Shown here: piece by piece, positions 35,219 through 44,804 of the stretch
Layout: every line of letters starts with the position of its first letter
Position numbering within the stretch: the stretch's first letter is position 1
Origin: Carpediemonas membranifera BICM
Taxonomy: Eukaryota > Protista > Fornicata
Length of the DNA stretch: 64,000 nucleotides
Reading direction: 5' to 3'
Assembly (NCBI GenBank): GCA_019828565.1
Contig: JAHDYR010000064.1
Location: forward strand, 186,001-250,000
Program-made: the position numbers and the translations under genes
The notes under the pieces: model-generated
The model's database searches: none
Seen by the model: the letters and a program-made list of their open reading frames with translations, nothing else
What the model was told of the DNA's origin: nothing

Positions 35219-35874
35219 CTAATCACTAAAGAATCTGTTACACACAACAAACGCTGCTCGCGACTCAGCCTCCTTCTTTGTCCTCCCATGCCCCACCGCC
35301 GTGATGTCCTGCCCATTGCACTGCATGGCCACCACAGATTTGAACAGCGGCAGATGGTCAGGGTGGCCTGGCCTAAACACTCTGTCGGTCCGATACTCGG
35401 GCGGGGACGTGGCGTTCTGCTGAGAGTACTCGTTCAGCACGCCTTTGTAGTTCATATTTTGGATGTAGAGCTCTGGGTTCGCGGTTGTTATTTCAACGCT
35501 CTCGCCGATTTTCTTTGGAGTTGACGCAAGGTGGACCCCCATCGGAGGCCTCTGCGAGATTGACGAGAGTCCAGTAATATCACTAAACGACGCCTCGGTC
35601 GCTCCATCGTCAGGGAGGTGGTCTGGGTAGGCCGACGGCTTCGGGATCGGCAAATCAATATCATCGCTTGGCGGGTCATTGAAGAAGCTGTCGTCACCGC
35701 CAACCGACATCTGAGCCATCTCCCTCTCGAACGGCTCCATGGGCTGGGGCGTGGTGGGCGTGGGAATGTGGGACTTGCCCGCAATGCACTGCTCTGCAAG
35801 ATAAATGATCGGAGTGAGCGAGTTTGTCTCTGAAGCATGGGCATAGATGAAGGCAAAGAAGCCTTCTCCCAAGG
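35219..35874 (-). pseudogene. 5'-truncated inverted copy of the dsRBD gene
   Basis: Identical C-terminal ~217 codons; the native 5' exon is missing. Confidence 0.75.
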
Positions 35875-35906
35875 ACAGGTCCCATTTGGCACAATACACG
35901 GGAACT

Positions 35907-36152
35907 TTAGTAAGCTTTAGCCAGCATCAGGGCGAGGAGGACAGCAACCAGGCCCACCTTGGCCCAACGGGCAGCATCAGTGTGATGGGGGTCGGGGTCG
36001 GGGTCTGGGTCAGTCCAGCCGCGGGTGAGCATGAGGCTATTGGACGAGATGGTGTCGTTTTCGACGACATAAAACACTTCTTTCATGACGTCAGCGTAAA
36101 TGAGAGAGACGCCGTGATAGCTTGCACAGACTTCGCCACCATTCACCGCCAT
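35907..36152 (-). pseudogene. 3' fragment of a paralog of the surface-protein family at 17444-27808
   Basis: YADVMK...DPHH...WAKVGLVAVLLALML resembles YADVLMK...DPHD...WVKAGLLAVLLALAL. Confidence 0.55.
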
Positions 36153-36207
36153 TCAACATTGGTCCACGCGTGACGTGGCAGTTTTGCTTCCAGACCGACA
36201 ATCCTCG

Positions 36208-37150
36208 ATGCAGCACACAAGCGAGCACGCACTTGTACGTATTCTGGTCGCATCAACTGACAAAGCTTTCTACTGAGCTGAACAAGCTGTTCTACTACTC
36301 CTGGCAAGCTCCTGAGATCGCGGCCATCATCAAGGACCGCAGCAAGATCAAAGTCGGGAAGAGCATCTTCGACACGGCGATTGATATGTGTATGGCTGCT
36401 GAGGACAAGCTCCATGACCAAAAATGGCACCTGGAATCCGTCCGAAACGGCCTCCCTCAAGTTCTCAAAGAGAAGCACTTCCCTCACTGCGCTGCCTTGG
36501 GAGAAGGCTTCTTTGCCTTCATCTATGCCCATGCTTCAGAGACAAACTCGCTCACTCCGATCATTTATCTTGCAGAGCAGTGCATTGCGGGCAAGTCCCA
36601 CATTCCCACGCCCACCACGCCCCAGCCCATGGAGCCGTTCGAGAGGGAGATGGCTCAGATGTCGGTTGGCGGTGACGACAGCTTCTTCAATGACCCGCCA
36701 AGCGATGATATTGATTTGCCGATCCCGAAGCCGTCGGCCTACCCAGACCACCTCCCTGACGATGGAGCGACCGAGGCGTCGTTTAGTGATATTACTGGAC
36801 TCTCGTCAATCTCGCAGAGGCCTCCGATGGGGGTCCACCTTGCGTCAACTCCAAAGAAAATCGGCGAGAGCGTTGAAATAACAACCGCGAACCCAGAGCT
36901 CTACATCCAAAATATGAACTACAAAGGCGTGCTGAACGAGTACTCTCAGCAGAACGCCACGTCCCCGCCCGAGTATCGGACCGACAGAGTGTTTAGGCCA
37001 GGCCACCCTGACCATCTGCCGCTGTTCAAATCTGTGGTGGCCATGCAGTGCAATGGGCAGGACATCACGGCGGTGGGGCATGGGAGGACAAAGAAGGAGG
37101 CTGAGTCGCGAGCAGCGTTTGTTGTGTGTAACAGATTCTTTAGTGATTAG
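36208..37150 (+). CDS. Double-stranded RNA-binding domain protein; 31-nt intron at 36235-36265
   Basis: C-terminal dsRBM NYKGVLNEYSQQ...PEY...H.PLFKSVV...VGHGRTKKEAESRAA; intron GTACGT...CTGACAAAG links ATG 36208 in frame. Confidence 0.8.
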
Positions 37151-37605
37151 TAATGAGACAAAAATGGTTGGGTGCTGGTAATATATGGTTGATGTTGTTA
37201 TCAAATGAACGATTGGACGTCAAAGGCCCGAGGAATGGACCCTTTGAGCTGTGTGAGATGAATAATGGTTGGCCCTCATAGTAACTATGACTGTATACGT
37301 GCTGCAGCAACCGTAGTTCTCCGCTGTATTCATTATAATCATAGGAAGCCCAGAGACGAACCTTTGAGGAGGGGAGGCAAGAGAATGACTCGAGAGCGAC
37401 TTCAGTGATTAATTCAACGGCAATCCAGACCAGGACTGGCAACAAGCCGGCCACAGAGGCCGGCGGCCTGCATCCCGCCATCGGGAGCTGTCAGCTCGGT
37501 CGGGTTGTCGGCAATCGCTGCCTGGTGGAGTTGAGAAGTTGTCTCAAGCACGACTCTGCCCCCAGCAATCCATACGGCCTGCAAATTTATAATACAACAA
37601 CAGTG

Positions 37606-38359
37606 TCACCTCCGCATCCACGCAGCGATGGCCGAGAACTCCACGGACGGCGTTGTTGCAGGGACGGTCTTAATTCGACTCCGAAGCTGACGAATCATGG
37701 TGATGTCCGCGGCAGGCAGGATTTGCATTCCATACCCCTCGCATACGTTCAGTATGTCTCCAAGCACCCTTCTCGAGATCTTCATGGAGGGCCCTGAAGG
37801 CTGGCCGAGCGTCCGGAAGAAAGTGTCGAGAATAGTGTCAAGCGACGTGTTGATCAGGATCATCATGATAGTAACCTGCGTTAGAGTATACATTGCATGT
37901 AACAAACCACTTCAACAATGTAAACGTCGCCCGTGCTGGGTCGAGACAGCTTGAGAATGTCGAAAATGCTTCTAATGACGTTGCGGTTGAGCCCAACGAT
38001 CTCGCACACGTCTAGCAGCGGCTTCTTCGGGATGAAGAGATCGTCTCGGTTGGACACAAGCTCGAGCTTAAGAATTCTTGGTGAGCGAGAGGCCAAGGGA
38101 GAACAAACACTTCATTAATGTGCTGCAGAGTCACCACTGAACGGAATTCACGTAGTTCACTGTCCTTATGGGATTCTGTGTCCAGATATTCCGACACAAA
38201 CCAGTCTGCGGCAAATTTCTGGAGGTTGGTAGGCCCGTCCGGCTGAACGTTCGTCAGGGCGCGGATGAATCGCTTAAGCATGTACTTAGCTTCATGTGGA
38301 AGCTCGTATTCTGCAGGATCCACCCGCTTTGCGTGCCCGAGCTCGGTGTACGCGCTCAT
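37606..38359 (-). CDS. RIIa docking-domain (ropporin/RSP11-like) protein; introns at 38077-38108 and 37876-37907
   Basis: ELPHEAKYMLKRFIRALTNVQP...LQKFAADWF; two 32-nt GTTTGT introns join three ORFs in frame; alternative ATG at 38395. Confidence 0.7.
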
Positions 38360-38373
38360 TGTGAGATTGTGCC

Positions 38374-40572
38374 GCGCAGGATTAGAATGATCCATTTATG
38401 AGCCAACTCACGTAAAGGGTAAGATAGAATTGTTGAGTCCAAAACACAGAGTGATCCAAGCAGCATCAGGATCGCAGTGTGGTTCATCATACTCTATCAA
38501 TCGTGCGCAGCATATCACGCGCGCTGCAGCGCGTGCTTGCTCAACTTAGCAAGTTAATGATAGCGAGGAAGAGCACCTCTCTGGGAGTCGTAGTGGAAAG
38601 GAGATTGCTCTATCTGATCTGAAGTTGCATCGAAGGTGCACCAAAGGATGTTCTCGCTGGCGCTCTTATCTCGGTGAGAGAGATTGAGAAGTATGTCTCT
38701 CTGCTCGGGATGCCGACGTTGCCGTTCAACGCGCCTTGGAGCTCTCTCGCACGCGGGATTCTGGCAGAGCATGGTGCGGTGTGTGTGCACCACACGTTTG
38801 AAGTGTGCTTTGCAATATGGGCACACGATGGAAGTGCGGAATTCGGAGACCATCGTGACAGTCACGACGACGTTGTGCCGGAGCATGATGCCAAGAAGAG
38901 CTCGAGCAAAGTGGCGGTACGGAGCACAGAAGGGAGTGCCGGCGGAACCGAACAGTGCAGCCCCATGCATACACTCTGCCCGTCTGGGCGGCGGATCGTG
39001 TAGCCGCCCAGCGACCGAGCACCAGGGTCGAAGCCCATGAGAGCTTGAATGTCCGGGGCAGGAGTAGCCTCGGCGTCATCCTGACCGAGCCGAGCCCGCT
39101 TGTTGCTGCTACCTTTTTTGTACGTGGACCGGTCAGCCACCCGACCGCCACGGTATTTCTCGCGACCCACCCAAACTGTCACAGCAACAGAGACCCCGTC
39201 AGTCTTTACAGAGAGCACTCTGCGGAGCTTGGTGATGTCGCCGTGATCACGCTCGTATCTATCAACCTGCTCAGTGGTCTAGTTCTTAGTTGCTGACCAA
39301 TTCACGTGCACACGGAGGCGCCTCTTCATCGCTGGGGTGAGCGCTGTTACTCCGTGCTCGATGGTTATGAACCCAGGCCTGACCGGTGCCATCGGCACGA
39401 ACGGAATGAGCTTCGGCTCTGGCAGGGCCTGACTGAGCTCGAGGTTCACGGCACGAGTGAGTGTGACCAGCTTGGTCACTGCAGCACTCATGCGCGTGAC
39501 GCACGACAGCACGCCGACGAGAGCCTCGGCCACGGTACCAGTGCGACCCACCCGTTGCTCCTCGGGCAATGCATGCATTTGAGGATGATACCTGCCATGA
39601 TCGGCGGCTATGGCGGCAACCTCAGTGTCGAGCTCGCCTAGGGTGTGGAGAAAATCCTGTCGAACACCCGGCCGATCATGGAGGAGCGGACGCACCCGTT
39701 CTATTCCAGCACGAAGACGGGTCAGGTACGCGGGTGACGCGCGCGAGAGCCAGACCCGGGTGGCTGTGGAGTACTCACCCAACCAACTCTGAAATGGCGC
39801 TGCCAAGCATGGGTAGCTATAAGCTGTGACGAAGTCCTCGACGAGTGGGGTTATGTCAGGGTCCCTCCACATCGCCAGGTCGCCAATCCACCTGCACCGA
39901 TCCGCTGCCTTTGCCTTGGACTTTTCCCTTGGCAATGCTGACGATCTGCTTGAGGACCTCCTGGTCGAACAGGTTGACCGTCCTCGGTGGGGTCAACGCG
40001 TGCGCAGATGCAGAGACGCACGCAAGCAGGCAAGTGAATGTGTACTTAGCCTGCGTGAAAGAACGCATGCCGGGTTCAAGATTTCCTCTTCCTCGCCGCG
40101 GCGCGTTGTTATCGCCTCCGCCGTTAATCTCGCCAATGGCCTTGTTAACGGAAGCCTTCACCGTGCATATCTTGGAAGGCATCGGAGTCTATTGAGCTGC
40201 CTGCATCGATCATTTCTTTTCAGGGTTCATCAGCTAGCAGCATCCCTCAAAACACAAGAAACCAGCATCATACAACACAAAGCGTTTTTACTACCAGCTA
40301 CAACCGCTTTCCACCACTAGTGTCTCTCACAACAGACGAAGATGACGAAGACAACGACGACATGAGCTTCAGACGCCAGCAATGGACGACAGATGAGCGC
40401 GTAACAGACGAGCACAGACGCGAAAGAAGACAGCAGCGTTCGACACAGACGATGGACGACGCATCTTTTCGTGCAGACCGACGACTGAAAGCACGAAAGC
40501 CCGATGGCACAGACGAGGGCTGAAGTGGGTGAGTGGAGGTAGTGTGCTGCGCAGGATTAGAATTGTTGAGTC
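38374..40572 (-). mobile_element. Fanzor-encoding transposon-like element with flanking direct repeats
   Basis: GCGCAGGATTAGAATTGTTGAGTC at 40549-40572, and split at 38374-38388 / 38425-38439; left end CTGCGCAGCAC shared with the 16.6-kb element. Confidence 0.75.
38554..40182 (-). pseudogene. Fanzor1-type (eukaryotic TnpB-like) RuvC nuclease, inactivated
   Basis: TVKASV, FVPMAPVRPGFITI, VKTDGVSV, RuvC-I GFDPG, GAALFG...P, RuvC-II SEFRTS-CPYC, zinc finger CQNPAC, RuvC-III HRDKSASENI; frameshift near 39920, in-frame TAG at 39279-39281, deletion/frameshift near 38970. Confidence 0.85.
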
Positions 40573-40986
40573 TAAAGGGGTCGACAGCCTAAGTCACCTT
40601 TACATGAATCCTCCACATAAACCCTCTAAATACCACAGAGAGCGAACTGTTAAAATGCACCGTATCATGCTGAAGTCTGCTATAGATGATTGAGAGTTAC
40701 TTTACTGCTTGCACTGTGCACTCTATGATACTTCACATGCCCACACTCAGCTCCGCTTGTATCCCGCTGCAACCCCTCCCCCACAGACATCATTCTGCAG
40801 TGGAATCTGGAACACATCAGTGGGCTCGGGCAGGTCGAAGTCTTGAATCATAAACTTATCATAAACTGCACCCTTGAGAAATCGTTCCCGGACACCATCA
40901 ACAGACTAGTAGCCAGCTCCACAGCCTACACCTAACGTTACAACCAAACGTCCCGGCAAAGTGGCCAATTTATGTGAACCACGGGT

Positions 40987-41364
40987 CTACTCAGAGGGGA
41001 TAGTAATAGTGGCGCCCTCGAACTCCTTAGTGACCTTAAGCTGGCAGCCCAGGCGTGTGGTAGGTGTGCGCTCGTCAGAGTCGAGAGTATCGTCCTCGTC
41101 CTCGGTGATGGGCTGGGACTCCTTCAGCTTGTTGAAGAGCTCCTCCTCGAGGTTCAGTCTGCATCTGCCGCAGATAGCATCGCCGCCGCAAGACATCTTG
41201 AGGTTTGGCATGCTCTGGTCAAGAACATACTTCGCAAGGACCTCTCCTTCAGGAACGTTGAACTCGGTTGGTCCCCAGTTGTTGCTCTTGAAGGTAATAG
41301 CAACAGTGGAAGCAAACCGGGCGGTAAAAGTGTTAGAAAGGGCGTTAGAGATAGTTGAGAGCAT
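40987..41364 (-). CDS. [2Fe-2S] ferredoxin (adrenodoxin/hydrogenosomal type) with N-terminal presequence
   Basis: CGGDAICGRC...RLGCQ; N-terminus MLSTISNALSNTFTARF|AS. Confidence 0.9.
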   Translation of the reverse strand: MLSTISNALSNTFTARFASTVAITFKSNNWGPTEFNVPEGEVLAKYVLDQSMPNLKMSCGGDAICGRCRLNLEEELFNKLKESQPITEDEDDTLDSDERTPTTRLGCQLKVTKEFEGATITIPSE

Positions 41365-41693
41365 TTTCAGGCTTATGGCAGTCTCGAGGCTCAGGGCACG
41401 TGGTCTGTTGACAGCGCTTGACCGCCCGAACTCTAAACTGCGCAGTGAGATTGGATGTCGTGTGGCACTGTGTACACCTGAGGCGGCACCAAAACACGCT
41501 AGTGTGGGTGAACTGTGCGTAGCGTCAGCATCGCGCAGAACAGTGATCATCTGATTGAGACGAATAGCGAGCGCAAAAACGACGCCAGTACAGAGGTGCA
41601 GCGTAATTTGCGCCATATACGCGTGACTCTGCCCGGCCCGACTCTCTAAGTCATGGACAACTCTGAAATCCGAGTCGGAACGTTCGTTTGGCA

Positions 41694-42548
41694 ATGTCGA
41701 CCCCCCACTTCAGTATTGTCCGTAGAAGGCCAATACTGAGCAAATATGAGTTCGAATACGAGGTTTTGTTTGACGACCATGAAGTGAAGTGGGTTTCAAG
41801 GGAAGAATTCAATGATGACGAAGCACTGGCGCTTTTCGGGAAGTACGATGAATGGATTGAATCCAAACAGCACAAAAGACCGCAAAGAACCGCTCATGTT
41901 CAGCCCAACGCCGAGCTGTCACCACTACCGCCGTCCAACCCATCCCCATGCTCTGTCTTTGTCCAAAACACAGCCGTTGACGCCGTCCAGGACGACGATG
42001 TATGCTACTACTGCCTCGGCCCAGCCACGGAAACATGCAGGGAGTGCAAGCGCGGCTTCTGCTCATCCTGCGTGGACAATCTAACTGACGTGTACCACTG
42101 CATCGATTGCGACCGCGACCATCACCAGTGTGCCGCCCCCATATGCGGCCAGAGCGGCCCAGTCAGCCTACGCGCCGGCCTCGGTGACAATGACGGTGGC
42201 CTTATTCGTTGTTCGTTCGGCGACGGGTCCTGTGGTGTCTGGTACCACAAGCACTGTCTCGACATAGTTACGGCAGTCAACCTGTCTCGCAACCCCACCC
42301 GCCCTGGAATCACGACCGCGGGCGACACTTTTATTTGCCCCAGCCACGTTTGCACTCAATGCCACCAGCCTATAGAGGAGCGCGAGCAGCCTTTCGCTGT
42401 CACGTGCATTAGATGCCGCTCAGTGTGGCACGTCAGCTGCGGATACACGCCGCTGCTCAGAGGTAGTGCCAGGTATTGCTTGTGTGAGGAATGCGAGCGG
42501 TCTCTGCCTAATGGCGGGAGAATCACGCCGCCAAAGAGAGAGAGGTGA
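41694..42548 (+). CDS. Chromo-like domain plus multiple PHD-finger protein
   Basis: IVRRR...YEVLFDD..VKWVSRE; CYYC...CRECKRGFCSSC...CIDC, C...C..WYHKHC, CPSHVCTQC...CIRC..WH..C. Confidence 0.75.
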   Translation: MSTPHFSIVRRRPILSKYEFEYEVLFDDHEVKWVSREEFNDDEALALFGKYDEWIESKQHKRPQRTAHVQPNAELSPLPPSNPSPCSVFVQNTAVDAVQDDDVCYYCLGPATETCRECKRGFCSSCVDNLTDVYHCIDCDRDHHQCAAPICGQSGPVSLRAGLGDNDGGLIRCSFGDGSCGVWYHKHCLDIVTAVNLSRNPTRPGITTAGDTFICPSHVCTQCHQPIEEREQPFAVTCIRCRSVWHVSCGYTPLLRGSARYCLCEECERSLPNGGRITPPKRER

Positions 42549-42780
42549 GCGGGTTGGTCATGTGTAGTTTGTAGGTAAAGGAGCGTCGTGGCAATGAATG
42601 TCTTGGCGGGAGAAGGGGTTCTGTGGCAGCTTGCCATGCTGATTGAACGCTTGCCATCTTGTCCAACTGAACGCAGCTCGAGGTGCGGTACGACCGGCAT
42701 GTCTCTTACAAGACCCTCGCCGGTTTAGTCCCAGAATTCACACATCGCAGGTTAAGGATCGAAACATTGCATGAAAGTGG

Positions 42781-43989
42781 ATGCAAAGAGTGAGATTTAA
42801 GTGCGATTCTGAACGACACTGCTACTGCTTTGCTGCTGAGATGAATGGATGGCAGAAGACGACGTCCAGCAGCGACTGGAACTTCTTTTGGGCCGGAATT
42901 CACACCGTTCACCGTTTATTCGACCCAGATTCGGGGTTTCGCTTCCGCGACGATCAGATTATCAACCATTTTCCAAACCACTCAGAGCTTACTCGCAAGG
43001 ATCTGATGACCAAGAATCTGGCCAAGTACAGGCGAGAGCTCAAGAAAGACGACTCACCCTTCCTCCGCAAGGGCCCTGATGGCTACTCAGCCCTTGACTT
43101 CCTCCCCGAGTCTTTCCTCCTTCCCGCAGATTACTCCCTTTTCGTCGAAGAATACAAGCGGCGTCCCAACGCTGTGTGGATCATGAAGCCGACTGCCAGG
43201 GCACAGGGGAAAGGTATATTCATAATCAACAGGCTCTCCCAGGTCAAGAAGTGGGCCACGGGCAGGGTCACTGGCAGTCACGCCTACCTGGCTTGTCGTT
43301 ACATCGATAACCCACTGCTCGTCGGAGGAAAGAAGTTTGACCTTAGACTCTACGTCGCAGTAACTAGCTACAAGCCGCTGCGGGCGTACATATACCAGCA
43401 GGGCTTCTGCCGCTTCTGCACCATCCGCTACACCCCTGCGGCCTCTGACCTGGATAACACGCTCGCTCATCTGACCAACGTCGCCATCCAGAAGCACGGA
43501 AGCGAATATAACAGTGGTAACGGCGGCAAGTGGTCTATTGAGAACCTGAAGCTCTTCGTCGAGTCCTCCTACGGCCGTGCCAAGGCGGACCAGATGTTTT
43601 CAGACATACAGAGCGTCATCATTCACTCGCTCAAGGCGGTCCAGCCTGTGATGGTCAGCGACAGGCACTGCTTCGAGTGTTACGGTTACGACCTGCTGAT
43701 CGACGACACGCTCAAGCCTTGGCTCGTGGAGGTCAACGCCTCGCCGTCACTCTCAGCCTCGACCCTCGCTGATAGACTGCTGAAAACCCAGCTCATGGAG
43801 GACCTCTTCCACCTGGTGGTCCCGCCCGATCTCATGGACCCTAGCACGAGGACGGTGGGCGTCAACCAGAGCCCGGACCTCGAGAAATGTGGGGACTTCG
43901 TGACTTTGATTGACGAAACTAAGCCGGAGAAGGGGGAGAAGGTCGTGAGGGAGAGGTCGGCGAGGGGAAGCAGGCTTATATGGAAGTGA
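42781..43989 (+). CDS. TTLL1: Tubulin polyglutamylase TTLL1
   Basis: DWNFFW, INHFPNHSELTRKDLM, WIMKP..AQGKGIF, KKFDLRLYV, HLTNVAIQK, CFECYGYD, EVNASPS. Confidence 0.92.
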   Translation: MQRVRFKCDSERHCYCFAAEMNGWQKTTSSSDWNFFWAGIHTVHRLFDPDSGFRFRDDQIINHFPNHSELTRKDLMTKNLAKYRRELKKDDSPFLRKGPDGYSALDFLPESFLLPADYSLFVEEYKRRPNAVWIMKPTARAQGKGIFIINRLSQVKKWATGRVTGSHAYLACRYIDNPLLVGGKKFDLRLYVAVTSYKPLRAYIYQQGFCRFCTIRYTPAASDLDNTLAHLTNVAIQKHGSEYNSGNGGKWSIENLKLFVESSYGRAKADQMFSDIQSVIIHSLKAVQPVMVSDRHCFECYGYDLLIDDTLKPWLVEVNASPSLSASTLADRLLKTQLMEDLFHLVVPPDLMDPSTRTVGVNQSPDLEKCGDFVTLIDETKPEKGEKVVRERSARGSRLIWK

Positions 43990-44183
43990 GGGCAGGCTTG
44001 GTTCTCCTGCAATAACCGGAGATCCTCGCTTGCTGGTACAATAGTTATAAAAGTTATGTTCCCTCAACCTCCGTCACACTATGCTTCACTCAACCTTGGC
44101 CGACTCAATACTATACATGTATACATACCAGACACATAAACACGGGTAAATTCATAAACCGGCGCATTTATCAGACAACACAC

Positions 44184-44714
44184 TCACTCCTCGGCGGGGG
44201 CGGGGGGCTCCATGATCGGTGGCGACCTGGGGGGCACGTGGCCGCATGCCCGCTGGATTATCGCTCTCGTGGCCATGGAAGAAAGAGTGTAGAGGCCCAT
44301 CATAGACATCTGGGTCATGTCGTCGCCCTCGAGACCGCGGTGGGTGATTCGGGCAATGAATCCGACGGCAGTGAAGGGCAAGATAGCGACTACGCGGCCC
44401 TTGAACCACCGGCGAACGAAGAACATGGCGGAAAAGATGGTGACGGCGGTGATGAGGCTGGGAACCATGCGAAGTCGGGACATACGGCCATTGTTGGCCT
44501 TGATCTGCTCTCTATATGAGTCAAGCTTGCCCTTAGCCGCTGTGTGCTGCAGCTTCATGCTGCTGATAAGCTCGTACTGCTCATACAGTCTCTCGCCGTT
44601 CTGCTTGAGCTCTTTCCAAGCGGGCTTCCGGTATACAAGCAGCCACGAGATGAATTCGGAGATTGACGTCGAAACTATAGATACAGCAATGACCAGAAGG
44701 CAAAGAGGAGTCAT
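44184..44714 (-). CDS. TMCO1: TMCO1 (DUF106/Oxa1 superfamily) ER membrane protein
   Basis: SEFISWLLVYR, coiled coil, FKGRVVAILPF, THRGLEGDD, LYTLSSM. Confidence 0.85.
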   Translation of the reverse strand: MTPLCLLVIAVSIVSTSISEFISWLLVYRKPAWKELKQNGERLYEQYELISSMKLQHTAAKGKLDSYREQIKANNGRMSRLRMVPSLITAVTIFSAMFFVRRWFKGRVVAILPFTAVGFIARITHRGLEGDDMTQMSMMGLYTLSSMATRAIIQRACGHVPPRSPPIMEPPAPAEE

Positions 44715-44804
44715 TTCGTCGCTTGGATGCGATTAACATAATCTCATTTACCACAACCATAAACGGCGAAAACAAGCCAAAAAAGAAAATTTTGTATCAA
44801 ATCA

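Larger units (their letters stand above)
34918..37451. repeat. Inverted repeat: arms 34918-35874 and 36495-37451 (957 bp each), 620-bp spacer
   Basis: The arms are reverse complements with sharp breakpoints; shared ORF translations are identical. Confidence 0.95.

Noticed and set aside
39279-39281. In-frame TAG in Fanzor as evidence for a TAR=Gln (hexamitid-type) code or readthrough
   Set aside because: Conserved genes here end properly at TAA and TAG (ygeW, Sec1, ferredoxin), and the same ORF has other lesions
40330-40520. CRISPR-like array
   Set aside because: Repeats are only 6-8 bp with irregular spacing; no cas genes
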